DNA of 64,000 nt from sequence record NC_042060.1. One strand, given 5' to 3'. The notes under the pieces were generated by a model, which saw only the letters and a list, made by a program, of their open reading frames with translations, made no database searches and was not told the origin of the DNA. Positions 17,760 to 27,214 of this stretch are shown here, piece after piece. Numbering within the stretch: the first letter of the stretch is position 1; each line of letters opens with the position of its first letter. The translations under genes and the position numbers were made by a program.

Positions 17760-17932
17760 TAGGTTGCCTTTATTTTATCAATGAGTAATTTTAATAGTTC
17801 ATCATTAGTTAAATTGTCTTTATTTTTAATAATGTCTTTTAGTTTAAACATATTGAAAGTATACCACAACCACTTATGAATTATATAACAAATCACTATA
17901 ACTAATAATAGTAGTGAATGTAATGCTAGCAT
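17759..17932 (-). CDS. Small membrane protein (57 aa), not in ORF track
   Basis: MLALHSLLLLVIVICYIIHKWLWY...; AGGT RBS; TAATG coupling; after promoter 17969. Confidence 0.7.
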   Translation of the reverse strand: MLALHSLLLLVIVICYIIHKWLWYTFNMFKLKDIIKNKDNLTNDELLKLLIDKIKAT

Positions 17933-17968
17933 TATAACTACCTATTTTGATATGACTTGACCAAATAT

Positions 17969-17976
17969 GTAATATA
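17969..17976 (-). promoter_or_regulatory. Early promoter TATATTAC
   Basis: Exact motif; 30 bp identical to 2812..2841. Confidence 0.85.
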
Positions 17977-18003
17977 GATTTCAAAAAAAATTTAATGCAA
18001 TAA

Positions 18004-18025
18004 AGGAGAGCTAAATAGCTCTCCT
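18004..18025 (-). terminator. Intrinsic terminator
   Basis: AGGAGAGCT/AGCTCTCCT plus TTATT. Confidence 0.8.
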
Positions 18026-18033
18026 ATTTATGC

Positions 18034-18324
18034 TTATTTATTTTTCTTTCTTGACTTATCTTTAATAACTAAGTCTAATGCTTCAAACATTTTAACAGCA
18101 GTTAAATGGTCGATAGAGTATGCCTTTTTACGTAAACGTCCAATAGCTACTGTATACTGGTATTCAGATAAACCATCACTCATATTGTCAATAATTGATA
18201 GTGCTTCTTTATAAAGCCTGTTACACTTTATCGTGTGTTTGATGGCATAATAACCCCAGTTAATTAAAGCCATCATTATAATCAGAAACAAAATACCTAT
18301 AATTACTGTCATGATATCATTCAT
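18034..18324 (-). CDS. Small bitopic membrane protein
   Basis: 96 aa, N-terminal TM and basic tail. Confidence 0.8.
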   Translation of the reverse strand: MNDIMTVIIGILFLIIMMALINWGYYAIKHTIKCNRLYKEALSIIDNMSDGLSEYQYTVAIGRLRKKAYSIDHLTAVKMFEALDLVIKDKSRKKNK

Positions 18325-18634
18325 TTGCTGTTTCCCTATTATTACATTTTAATATAATCAATGAGTTGATATCGTAAATAAAAGATGTAAAAATATGTTG
18401 ATTTGTTATTTTAGATGATTCTTTATCTATAATGTCTTGGACAGCATTTTGATAGAAAAAATAACTTATGCCATTGGGCATTTTATCTAATACATATCTA
18501 ACCTTATAAACACCCATCCAGTGAATATAATGATTTTTTATATTAATAATGAAAGTTACACATGTTGATATAGCCGTTAGTGTTATCATTGATATAACAA
18601 ATACTTTATACATTTGCAACCCACAGATTCTCAT
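18317..18634 (-). CDS. Small bitopic membrane protein
   Basis: 105 aa, N-terminal TM. Confidence 0.75.
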   Translation of the reverse strand: MRICGLQMYKVFVISMITLTAISTCVTFIINIKNHYIHWMGVYKVRYVLDKMPNGISYFFYQNAVQDIIDKESSKITNQHIFTSFIYDINSLIILKCNNRETANE

Positions 18635-18647
18635 CTAGATGAAATAA

Positions 18648-18667
18648 ACCAGCCCCGAAGGGCTGGT
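18648..18667 (-). terminator. cUUCGg terminator
   Basis: ACCAGCCC-UUCG-GGGCTGGT plus TTATTT. Confidence 0.85.
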
Positions 18668-18669
18668 AT

Positions 18670-19038
18670 TTATTTTACAACCACAGCTTTACCGTAGTTG
18701 TTATCCATACAGGTTTTAAATGATGTAACGTATGCATCACGTGGGCTTTGTCTACGTGAATACACAACGTGCACCTCTTTAATTGCTGCTGGGAGAACAT
18801 TGTAAAGAACGTTATCTTTGTTCTTCACGCCGTACCCTTTTAGGGATCGTAGGTTTTCTTCCCATTGTAAAATGGGTGTTTTACGCTGACGTGCTTCTGC
18901 TGTGGCATGTGCTATAAGTGCAACACCATTACAGTAATTCTCGTCAACTACCAACGATGCAGCTAGTGGGTTTGATACGTATAACAACGTACTTAATACG
19001 GCCACTAACTTCATTACGTGTGTTAAACATTGCATCAC
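18670..19038 (-). CDS. Secreted two-Cys protein
   Basis: MKLVAVLSTLLYVSNPLAA signal; ENYC...KTCM. Confidence 0.8.
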   Translation of the reverse strand: MMQCLTHVMKLVAVLSTLLYVSNPLAASLVVDENYCNGVALIAHATAEARQRKTPILQWEENLRSLKGYGVKNKDNVLYNVLPAAIKEVHVVYSRRQSPRDAYVTSFKTCMDNNYGKAVVVK

Positions 19039-19091
19039 GTTGTACCTAGGTTGCTAAGATCAGAATATAAAGCTACTAAAATAGCCTTAAA

Positions 19092-19691
19092 TCATTCTAC
19101 AACCTTAACGTTACCATCTTCAATAACTAGATCTTTACCTACAACATCGGCAAGATCTAACTTATCTTTTACTTCCAGTTTCTTGATACTGTGTACAAAA
19201 CGGAATACAGATAGACGAAGAATTAGTTCTTCTGGTACATCAACAACATCAATAAAGTATTCTGATGGGTTGATATCACAATTGACATATTCCCAACTTT
19301 GTCTTAGTTCAGTTTCATTCTCAGTTACTTGTGCATCAAGAACTTCTTCAAAGTTAATATTGGCAATATTAGTATCATTATCATTCAGATAAGTAAATTG
19401 AAGACTAGCATTATTAATGAATTCTTCTTCAACTACAGTTAGTGCACGTTGAGCGTGAATGGGTAGATGATATCGAATACACCCATTAATAATAACCTCA
19501 TTTGCCTTTTCAATATAACGTTCTTCTTTGAATTTTACATTAGATACGACGTAATCTAGGATTGCCTTGTAATATTCTTTATGATCTGGGTGGCTCTTTT
19601 CAATCCACTGTCGGCTACTTACGCTAATTTTTTTCTCGGCTAGAAAATCTCGGAATTTAGCACGATCGATATAAGCGGTACGTTTTTTCAT
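19092..19691 (-). CDS. Hypothetical protein
   Basis: 199 aa. Confidence 0.85.
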   Translation of the reverse strand: MKKRTAYIDRAKFRDFLAEKKISVSSRQWIEKSHPDHKEYYKAILDYVVSNVKFKEERYIEKANEVIINGCIRYHLPIHAQRALTVVEEEFINNASLQFTYLNDNDTNIANINFEEVLDAQVTENETELRQSWEYVNCDINPSEYFIDVVDVPEELILRLSVFRFVHSIKKLEVKDKLDLADVVGKDLVIEDGNVKVVE

Positions 19692-19703
19692 CAGTAGTTC
19701 CTA

Positions 19704-20219
19704 TTATTTAACATTTCTAGGTGTTAGTTCGATATGTGAACAGATCACATAAGATGCACATGCCAGTACATCTAAACCATAATACTCATCATAATGGAAA
19801 TATCCTCTGAGATTACCTTGTTTAGTAAAGGTGTATTCATCAGCTAAATCTAACTCGTTACTTGTCTCTAGCACATTGATTAATTTATCATATTCAACTT
19901 TTAGTGCTATATCAGTACAGATTATTTGCTTGATATATTTATCAGAGTTTGGATCATTTTTATAATCTAAAGTATCAGTTAATACAGTGGTTAATGCTAG
20001 AATAACATAGTCATGGTAACTTTCCGGTTGTTTAATCTCACCTTCAGGTATTTCAATCCATTCCCAACCATGTCGTAATATATTTAGCATTACATGCCAC
20101 TTACTGGTTTCATTACTAACCACAGCTATTGGTGAATCATTATAAGGTTTATACAAACCTGTTGTTTTTAAAAGATCTTTTTTAATAGCAGCTATATATA
20201 ACGGGCGGTTTTCTGACAT
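19704..20219 (-). CDS. Hypothetical protein
   Basis: 171 aa. Confidence 0.85.
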   Translation of the reverse strand: MSENRPLYIAAIKKDLLKTTGLYKPYNDSPIAVVSNETSKWHVMLNILRHGWEWIEIPEGEIKQPESYHDYVILALTTVLTDTLDYKNDPNSDKYIKQIICTDIALKVEYDKLINVLETSNELDLADEYTFTKQGNLRGYFHYDEYYGLDVLACASYVICSHIELTPRNVK

Positions 20220-20228
20220 TTTTATAAC

Positions 20229-20558
20229 TCACATATATTTCAAATGTTTGCCAATTGGTCTGTTAGGGTTATACATATAACCACGACCTGCTGCTGCCCT
20301 AATTACTAATTTCTGCATATCTGTTAATTTTCTATAATTATCACCAATTAATTTAAGTATAATACTTTCTATAGAATCATTAGTTAATTCAGAAGGATCT
20401 GTTACTTTGAAATAATTATATACTAATTCTCTTTTAACTAGAAAATCAACTCTTCGTTTTTCTTTAATTCGTTTATAACGTTGCGATACATGGATAAATG
20501 AAAATAAAACAACTATCCAGAATAAGGTCAAAAGTAGGTACTCATCAACTACATTCAT
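20229..20558 (-). CDS. Small bitopic membrane protein
   Basis: 109 aa, N-terminal TM and basic stretch. Confidence 0.8.
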   Translation of the reverse strand: MNVVDEYLLLTLFWIVVLFSFIHVSQRYKRIKEKRRVDFLVKRELVYNYFKVTDPSELTNDSIESIILKLIGDNYRKLTDMQKLVIRAAAGRGYMYNPNRPIGKHLKYM

Positions 20559-20560
20559 TT

Positions 20561-20884
20561 TTAATCCCTATCTTTTTTTTTCAAATTATCTTGTAACTCA
20601 ACTAGTGTTCTGTTTAATAAACTAATTTGTTTCTGTTGTTCACATACAAGTTCACTTAACGTATTAATCTGTGCCTGTAGTTCTTTAGTATTAGTATCAA
20701 TAACATCAAGAATATATTCTTTATTTTTCTTAGGCATTCTTTGCTTCCTCAACGTTAATTCACCAAACGGCAGAAAAGATGACTGGGCAGCCAACACTCT
20801 TTTAGAATGTCTTTTGCCCAGTCTTTTAAATGTCTTACGAAGTTTAATTGGTATAAGCATTAAATAATATCTCTTGATGCCCAT
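20561..20884 (-). CDS. Basic coiled-coil protein
   Basis: 107 aa, heptads at C-terminus. Confidence 0.75.
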   Translation of the reverse strand: MGIKRYYLMLIPIKLRKTFKRLGKRHSKRVLAAQSSFLPFGELTLRKQRMPKKNKEYILDVIDTNTKELQAQINTLSELVCEQQKQISLLNRTLVELQDNLKKKDRD

Positions 20885-21294
20885 GCACCATCTACAGAGT
20901 CATTTACAAATGGTGCACGGTCACCAGGTATTACTTGAGCCCATAAATCCACTTCAAGTAATATCCGACGACATGCATAAAAAGGCTCTACTTCTACCCT
21001 GTATGAATTATCTTTAGGATCAATATACACAGTAGCAACTAGCTTAGGCTGGGCTCTTCGCCATTTATCCCATACTTTAAGAATTACTTCGCCTTCCATT
21101 CTGGCTATACGTGGAGTTATCTTTACCTCACTAATGATTAGCCCATCTGGACCTACCACTCGTTTAGGGGATAGCCATTTATGATAACCAATATCATTAA
21201 TCCCATTCTTTGAAAATACCGAGTCTTCAAGATATCCTCTCACACCAGGGTATAACGGAACCATTGTAAGCATATGACACCTATAGTGATCCAT
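20860..21294 (-). CDS. Hypothetical protein
   Basis: 144 aa; true start uncertain. Confidence 0.75.
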   Translation of the reverse strand: MDHYRCHMLTMVPLYPGVRGYLEDSVFSKNGINDIGYHKWLSPKRVVGPDGLIISEVKITPRIARMEGEVILKVWDKWRRAQPKLVATVYIDPKDNSYRVEVEPFYACRRILLEVDLWAQVIPGDRAPFVNDSVDGAWASRDII

Positions 21295-21679
21295 TGGATG
21301 CCCATAAAACTGAATAAGGATTTTGAGTTAATTGGAATCTAATTGCAAAGTTTTCGATTTCCCAAAAACGATCAGTCTTATTCCACTCTAATTCCTTTTT
21401 CGCCAGATCAACATTAATTGTTGATATAATACGATTACGCTCTTCTTCAAATACAGTAAACCTGACGATTGCTGGAAATAAGCAATCTCTTTCTTTATAA
21501 AAGTTTAGAGTATTCTTATCGATATAACCTGGTCCTGGAATAATTTCAAGGATATTAAAATCAGTCCATCCTAAGTCTGGTGTACCTAGATCAGGTAAAT
21601 GTTTTAAAACCCCATTGCGTATAAAGGGTTTTCCATATTCTAGTGTGACCTCATGAAAAGAAGAACCATAGATTTTCAT
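21281..21679 (-). CDS. Hypothetical protein
   Basis: 132 aa. Confidence 0.8.
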   Translation of the reverse strand: MKIYGSSFHEVTLEYGKPFIRNGVLKHLPDLGTPDLGWTDFNILEIIPGPGYIDKNTLNFYKERDCLFPAIVRFTVFEEERNRIISTINVDLAKKELEWNKTDRFWEIENFAIRFQLTQNPYSVLWASNGSL

Positions 21680-21840
21680 ACAACCACCGTGCGTTTTAAT
21701 TCATAGGGTTAGTATGTTTAGTACCGTTTGAATTTTATTTCATTACAGATGATCGCTTTGTTATATTTGGTGTTTGAATATTTTAGACTAGTTTCAATAA
21801 ATGCTTTCTTTTTCATATATACACTTACGCAAAATAAATA

Positions 21841-21861
21841 GGGACTCTCATTAAGAGTCCC
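21841..21861 (-). terminator. Intrinsic terminator
   Basis: GGGACTCT/AGAGTCCC plus TATTTATTTT. Confidence 0.8.
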
Positions 21862-21867
21862 TTAATA

Positions 21868-22200
21868 TTAAACGAATAATAACTCCAGTACTAATACTGG
21901 AAATTTATGCCGATATTGTGGATGTACATACGTATGAAATTTATGTGTGCCTAAATGGAATTCAACGTACAGTACAATAAAATCTTTAGCTACATTTCGA
22001 TCATGTACGTAAATAGTGAGTATTTCACCATCATCATCTTTCTTACGTCCATAATCAAAATAGTAATTTTTGTTATCAGCTATCCCTTCAGCATTTAATT
22101 GAATGCCCCTTACATCAACAACATTTAAACTAGAATCTTCATTAAATAAAGATCTAGTGCTACCATGGTAAACCATTAATGGATCTAATTGAATCTGCAT
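21868..22200 (-). CDS. Hypothetical protein
   Basis: 110 aa, GAGGA RBS. Confidence 0.85.
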   Translation of the reverse strand: MQIQLDPLMVYHGSTRSLFNEDSSLNVVDVRGIQLNAEGIADNKNYYFDYGRKKDDDGEILTIYVHDRNVAKDFIVLYVEFHLGTHKFHTYVHPQYRHKFPVLVLELLFV

Positions 22201-22220
22201 GTGTTAGTCCTCTACTATGT

Positions 22221-22240
22221 AGTGAGGCACATGCCTCACT
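22221..22240 (-). terminator. Hairpin, possible terminator
   Basis: AGTGAGGC/GCCTCACT; weak U tail. Confidence 0.55.
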
Positions 22241-22268
22241 TATATTGTTTTAATTTTCATATTAATGA

Positions 22269-22616
22269 TCAATTAAAGTTAACAGTGCTATAAGCTTTGC
22301 CTAAAGCTGTAAATAGTTCTTCATTAAGTTCATCAAATTCTAACCAACCATTCATTTCACCTAAGATAGTTTTAACAATCGTAAGATTAACAATCTCAGA
22401 GCTAGGAATGATATCTCGAATTCGCTCATGGAAATTAACTACTTGTTGAATACTTACTTTAGTATCATTGACTGAGATATCATCATCAGTTAACTTATTA
22501 ATAGCCATCATCGCTATACGTGAGAATAGATCAGTATGTTCTTCCTTAACAATTTCCCATGCTGCATTAAAGGAGTCAAGAACATCTAGATCATCAGAAT
22601 TTAGTTGCTTTTGCAT
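22269..22616 (-). CDS. Acidic hypothetical protein
   Basis: 115 aa, GAGG RBS. Confidence 0.85.
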   Translation of the reverse strand: MQKQLNSDDLDVLDSFNAAWEIVKEEHTDLFSRIAMMAINKLTDDDISVNDTKVSIQQVVNFHERIRDIIPSSEIVNLTIVKTILGEMNGWLEFDELNEELFTALGKAYSTVNFN

Positions 22617-22718
22617 TTTAACCTCTTAAACATTATAACACATATACCCCACAACATAAGTCATGGAGTATATGCCTCGAAAGGTACGTAATAGAAATAC
22701 TACTACATAGTATTGTAT

Positions 22719-23189
22719 TTACTCATTAATAACAGATACTTTGTTATTCTCAGCTTTATTTTTAGCCGATAGGGCTAAATAGAGACAACTATACCAAGTG
22801 AAGTAGTCTCTTGGGAAATAACCCTTTAAAAAAGTAGCCATATTTTTAGCACACGCTTTATTAATATTCTTATTAATGATTTTCCTCTCATTCATTATTT
22901 TACAAGCTAACAATGAATAATGTAGTTGATTATTAGTACTTAGGTCTTCAAGGAATAGTTCTTTCACTGCTTGTGGCTTAGAACTTAGACACATTATAAT
23001 TTCTTGAACAATATAGTCATTCGTCACTGAATGAATGAGTTCAAGATAGAGTGAAAGATTAATCGAATACAGATCTTGTTTATTATTGAAAATGTATCCA
23101 TTTCTATCTAATGTAACTAATTTCTTATATGTGGGAGACATCTTTTCATTAACTATTTTATAAAAAAGACTAATCACTAATTTAATCAT
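22719..23189 (-). CDS. Hypothetical protein
   Basis: 156 aa. Confidence 0.8.
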   Translation of the reverse strand: MIKLVISLFYKIVNEKMSPTYKKLVTLDRNGYIFNNKQDLYSINLSLYLELIHSVTNDYIVQEIIMCLSSKPQAVKELFLEDLSTNNQLHYSLLACKIMNERKIINKNINKACAKNMATFLKGYFPRDYFTWYSCLYLALSAKNKAENNKVSVINE

Positions 23190-24319
23190 TTTAATAAACT
23201 TCCATCTACTCTATAAAAACCATGGACATCACGTTTACCATTTAGACTAGGTATCTCATATGGATCAGTTGATGGATTTATCAGTTTGATTTTGCATTTA
23301 TCTAAACGATCACGCAAGCTGATATTACCAGATAATGTTAAACCACGATACTGAATATCGATATTATCTAAATCAACAATGAGCGTACTAAGCTCCCCAT
23401 TTGTTAAGTATGGTACCACAACCGAGTCAATTACTTTTGCAATTGTTTTAGCTTCAATATGTATCCAGTTTCCAATATGATTAACAATCTCTGGAAACTT
23501 ATCTAGATTTAATGTGATGCTATAGTCACACCTAATTTTGATAATTCCATTACTTGACCAATAATGCATTGCACTATTGATGCCACCTAGATGATTCTCC
23601 ATAGGTGTGAACTTTAGCCGTCCATTGAAATCTATAAGCACTTTTGAGTTATCACACGCATCAACTATTCTTGACCGATACATAAACATATTAAGTAGTT
23701 TTCTATTGATGGCCACAGTTGTACCATTAGTTAGTTCAACTACGACGATATCACCATCTGCTTCATAAGACTCTACAATTAGAGTTATTGGGTTACTATC
23801 AAATTTGGAATTATCAGATAACCCATCCATCACAATCTTGTAATTACTATTAACTGATTTAACTTGATCTATTAAAGATGGATCAATGAAATCCTTAGTG
23901 AGTGATTTTGATGTGAAAATTACAGCCACATTTAGATCACTATTGATTGGTGTATTTAAAGGTAAGTATTGTTCATTAGAAAAATAGAATAATTTAAGAT
24001 CTTCTATATCAGTTAGATTAATAATATCTAATGAATTATTAGTTACTTTATACATGAATGAATCAAAATTTTGTTCAACAAAATAAATCATCCATGTCTT
24101 AGTTTCTTTGGTATAATAACCCCATGCTAAACTTCGATCATGTAATTTACCAGATAGCATTCCTGTGAAGTAACCTGACAAAATATCAATTTTATCAACA
24201 TCTACATTTTCTCTGATGTATTTATCATTTAGATCAGCTATCTTTTGTTCTAATGTATCTACCTTTTTTGGTTTGTTAAAACTATCAATAACATTTTTTA
24301 AGTACTTAAACATAATCAT
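23186..24319 (-). CDS. Hypothetical protein
   Basis: 377 aa, AAGGT RBS. Confidence 0.88.
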   Translation of the reverse strand: MIMFKYLKNVIDSFNKPKKVDTLEQKIADLNDKYIRENVDVDKIDILSGYFTGMLSGKLHDRSLAWGYYTKETKTWMIYFVEQNFDSFMYKVTNNSLDIINLTDIEDLKLFYFSNEQYLPLNTPINSDLNVAVIFTSKSLTKDFIDPSLIDQVKSVNSNYKIVMDGLSDNSKFDSNPITLIVESYEADGDIVVVELTNGTTVAINRKLLNMFMYRSRIVDACDNSKVLIDFNGRLKFTPMENHLGGINSAMHYWSSNGIIKIRCDYSITLNLDKFPEIVNHIGNWIHIEAKTIAKVIDSVVVPYLTNGELSTLIVDLDNIDIQYRGLTLSGNISLRDRLDKCKIKLINPSTDPYEIPSLNGKRDVHGFYRVDGSLLK

Positions 24320-24350
24320 AAATTACCTTTTGAGTATAAACACGGAATAA

Positions 24351-24370
24351 AAGCGGTGTACACACCGCTT
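24351..24370 (-). terminator. Intrinsic terminator
   Basis: AAGCGGTG/CACCGCTT plus TTATT. Confidence 0.75.
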
Positions 24371-24668
24371 ATTGTTCAAATTTGATTTTGATATATCCAC
24401 CACCGACATTAGGCTGCTTAGGTCTTAGCCATCCTAGATTAAGATCCATATTCAAAACAAACGTATACGCTGTTACTCCATTTTCATCATCAACACTAAT
24501 GGAGTGCCATCCATCATGATTTTGATCTTTAAGAGAATGGATTTTGGGATATAGTTGATTATGATTCAAATCAAATACTGTAACATCTCCAATTGATCTA
24601 ATTGGATAACCGCGAGATCCTAAATGATGGGCTCCTCTGCGGTCCAGTGAAATAATAGCTTCGTTCAC
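24369..24668 (-). CDS. Hypothetical protein
   Basis: 99 aa, GTG start with GAGG RBS. Confidence 0.8.
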   Translation of the reverse strand: MNEAIISLDRRGAHHLGSRGYPIRSIGDVTVFDLNHNQLYPKIHSLKDQNHDGWHSISVDDENGVTAYTFVLNMDLNLGWLRPKQPNVGGGYIKIKFEQ

Positions 24669-24721
24669 GATAATTACCTCATGTAGATGTTTCCATTAGT
24701 ATATGCTAATCTATAATGTAG

Positions 24722-24772
24722 ATCTCAAATAAAATTTAGTGCAATAGCCCTCCCCGAAGGGAGGGCCATATG
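24722..24772. repeat. 51-bp exact repeat, copy 2 (other at 9557..9607)
   Basis: Includes cUUCGg terminator 24747..24766. Confidence 0.9.
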
Positions 24773-24778
24773 ACAACA

Positions 24779-25009
24779 TTACCGCTTACTCATTATCGCA
24801 GCTAGTTCAACTTTAAATAATGCTTCTTCGACTTTACGAGAAATAGCATTTATTTGAACACGTTTATTATTTTCACGATCTAATGCAATTGTATTTTTTC
24901 GTGTACAATAATCGTGTAAACCCAGTTGTCGCCTAACATAGAAAATAACAATTAATTTCAAAACACGAATATATCTCATAACGCGCTTGAACATTTTATA
25001 AATCCTCAA
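24779..25009 (-). CDS. Small basic protein
   Basis: 76 aa; start codon uncertain. Confidence 0.65.
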   Translation of the reverse strand: MRIYKMFKRVMRYIRVLKLIVIFYVRRQLGLHDYCTRKNTIALDRENNKRVQINAISRKVEEALFKVELAAIMSKR

Positions 25010-25013
25010 TAAT

Positions 25014-25205
25014 TTAAGGAATTGCTTTTAAAGCTTCTTCGCGTTCAGCTAAAAGCTTATCATATTGTATTTGTAATCGGTTAATTTCCGCACGAGTTAA
25101 TTTTGTCTTAGCATTAGGTTTCAACTTATGGTTAATATCAACGGTAATACCATGGTACCTAAATAGAGCTTCCATTTTGGCTATTTTCTTTTCAATATCA
25201 TCCAT
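25014..25205 (-). CDS. Small hypothetical protein
   Basis: 63 aa, helical. Confidence 0.75.
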   Translation of the reverse strand: MDDIEKKIAKMEALFRYHGITVDINHKLKPNAKTKLTRAEINRLQIQYDKLLAEREEALKAIP

Positions 25206-25236
25206 AGCTAAAATCCAAAAAAAATAATAATGACTA

Positions 25237-25256
25237 AGGGGACCAGAAGGTCCCCT
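25237..25256 (-). terminator. Intrinsic terminator
   Basis: AGGGGACC/GGTCCCCT with T-rich tail. Confidence 0.75.
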
Positions 25257-25262
25257 ATATCG

Positions 25263-25739
25263 TTAGGCAGTAATAGCGCGGCGGAAGACTGAATCAAACT
25301 CTTCCTGGTATGCTTTAATCAGCTTTGCAGTTTCTTCACAAATGGTATTATTACCATAAAATGCATCTGCAAAAGATTCTTGCTTACGTACTTCACAACC
25401 GAATAGCTCAAGACCATTTTTTGCTAGCTCAACTTTGAACTTAGCTAATTCGGTCATACCAATTGGTTTGGCCCGCCCTTCTTCGATACCATTTTCTTTT
25501 AGTTTAATATTATCACATACACTGCAATGACGAACATCTTTTTGTTTGTTCTTACGGAAGTTAGGACTTGATTTAGTTTGTTTTGCAGCAATGTCCATAA
25601 AGGTTTCCCTAGAATTTTTACGAACCGCAGCTTCATGATTCTTTTTAGCTCGATTTTTCTGTTTCTTCTGAACCGGCTTCGGCTGTACACCCAGCATTGA
25701 ACCAAGTTCACTCCAGGAAGAAATAGTATTGCGTGACAT
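25263..25739 (-). CDS. Basic early protein with CxxC
   Basis: 158 aa, GGAG RBS, HCSVCD. Confidence 0.85.
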   Translation of the reverse strand: MSRNTISSWSELGSMLGVQPKPVQKKQKNRAKKNHEAAVRKNSRETFMDIAAKQTKSSPNFRKNKQKDVRHCSVCDNIKLKENGIEEGRAKPIGMTELAKFKVELAKNGLELFGCEVRKQESFADAFYGNNTICEETAKLIKAYQEEFDSVFRRAITA

Positions 25740-25769
25740 GTATTAGAATCTCCTATATATGTTGATTAT

Positions 25770-25806
25770 ATCACATTTGTGATATACTGTTTAAAATGCT
25801 TTAAAT
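25770..25806 (-). promoter_or_regulatory. Variant early promoter TATATCAC, near-copy of 119..155
   Basis: 36 of 37 bp identical to 119..155. Confidence 0.75.
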
Positions 25807-25829
25807 GTATAAACCACTATGTTGGTCAA

Positions 25830-26066
25830 TCATAGATAGAATGGTTCATGAATAACAACCCGATAACGAGTGTTATATTGGTTAATTGGAAACATATGAA
25901 CAATCTTAAAATGCAGTTCAGCAACCAAATTAAAGAATTCAGCATGCATGTTATCAGTTGAAATATCAAATGAGATTGTATCATTAACTGCACAAAGTTC
26001 TGAATCAGATGCCTTTGTAATTTCAGTTAGCCGACTGACAAACTTTTCTTGGTTAGGACTAAGCAT
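25830..26066 (-). CDS. Hypothetical protein
   Basis: 78 aa, follows dcd. Confidence 0.75.
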   Translation of the reverse strand: MLSPNQEKFVSRLTEITKASDSELCAVNDTISFDISTDNMHAEFFNLVAELHFKIVHMFPINQYNTRYRVVIHEPFYL

Positions 26067-26068
26067 TA

Positions 26069-26638
26069 TTAAAGTCTCGCTGTTGTGATACCAATTTGAT
26101 TTTGATATTTACCATTACGTTTTGCATAACTAACTTCACATGGGGCATCACCTCTAAAGAACATAAACTGAGCAATACCCATATCAGCATAAATTTTTAG
26201 AGGTAGTGTAGTGCAGTTTGCAATCTCAATAACGACTTGTCCTTTGAAACCTGGTTCAATAGGAGTGACATTAACAATTGCACCTAGTCGTGCATAGGTT
26301 GATTTACCTGTGCAAATAGCTAGGACATCATCTGGAATATTAAACGATTCTACAGTATGACCAAGAATATAACTGTTAGGTGGAATAATACAATAATCAC
26401 CAGTCCAATCTACTAAGAATCCATCACTAGGGTCTAATGGGTCAATAACTGCACTTGTTACATTAGAAAAGATCTTAAAATTACGGGCTAGCCTTACATC
26501 GTACCCATATGAACTAAGCCCATAACTAATAATCTTTTTACCATCTTTTTCACGGACCTGGTGACCAATGAAATCCGTAATCATTGGTTCACGACCTTTA
26601 GATAAGTCAGTGATTGTTTTATCAGATAGAATAGCCAT
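26069..26638 (-). CDS. dcd: dCTP deaminase
   Basis: ILSD, SYGLSSYGYDVRL, GKSTYARLG, TPIEPGF.G, YQNQ. Confidence 0.96.
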   Translation of the reverse strand: MAILSDKTITDLSKGREPMITDFIGHQVREKDGKKIISYGLSSYGYDVRLARNFKIFSNVTSAVIDPLDPSDGFLVDWTGDYCIIPPNSYILGHTVESFNIPDDVLAICTGKSTYARLGAIVNVTPIEPGFKGQVVIEIANCTTLPLKIYADMGIAQFMFFRGDAPCEVSYAKRNGKYQNQIGITTARL

Positions 26639-26661
26639 TTTTAACTTTTCCTGTTAAGTAA

Positions 26662-27210
26662 TCATCCCCAGAATCGGGCGATGAAGTGAACACACTCCAT
26701 CTTTTTAGTTTCTTCCAGGAACTTGAAATAACCATCATCCACACCATTGCTCAAAAATAGCTGGCGATAGGTTTTTTCCGAAATGACTTCACCATTAACA
26801 TCTTGATCGAACATCGTTGGCTTCTGATCATAATCGAAGTTCCAGAGGTCTTCCATATTGAAGATCATTGTAAGTGGGTACCAACCATCTTCACTATAAT
26901 AGGCGTACGGTGTTAGATTGTCCTGTTTGGAATTGACAATTTGTGAAAGGCGACCTTCAAAGTTGTTCCATACTGGATGCGAGTCATCACTGACGAGTGT
27001 ACCAAATCCACAGCCTTTAAGAGTCGGTCGACAGAATCGGTTGGTATACTCATTATTATCGGTTAACCAATCCCAAAGATAATAGCAACGGCTAAAGTTA
27101 AGAGCCTCGCATGTATGCATGTCAATGAATTTAAGTACACGTGCACCATCTGAAGAACGTGTGGAACGTTTGGTAACTACAGGGAAAACATCAATACCCA
27201 TTTTAATCAT
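26662..27210 (-). CDS. Hypothetical protein
   Basis: 182 aa. Confidence 0.85.
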   Translation of the reverse strand: MIKMGIDVFPVVTKRSTRSSDGARVLKFIDMHTCEALNFSRCYYLWDWLTDNNEYTNRFCRPTLKGCGFGTLVSDDSHPVWNNFEGRLSQIVNSKQDNLTPYAYYSEDGWYPLTMIFNMEDLWNFDYDQKPTMFDQDVNGEVISEKTYRQLFLSNGVDDGYFKFLEETKKMECVHFIARFWG

Positions 27211-27214
27211 CCAT

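Noticed and set aside
21680-21840. 32-aa ORF MKKKAFIETSLK...
   Set aside because: No clear RBS or motif; expected by chance in AT-rich DNA
13180-22722. 13-nt match GTATTGTATTTAC at 13180 and 22710
   Set aside because: Short AT-rich match in different contexts; not enough to call a motif
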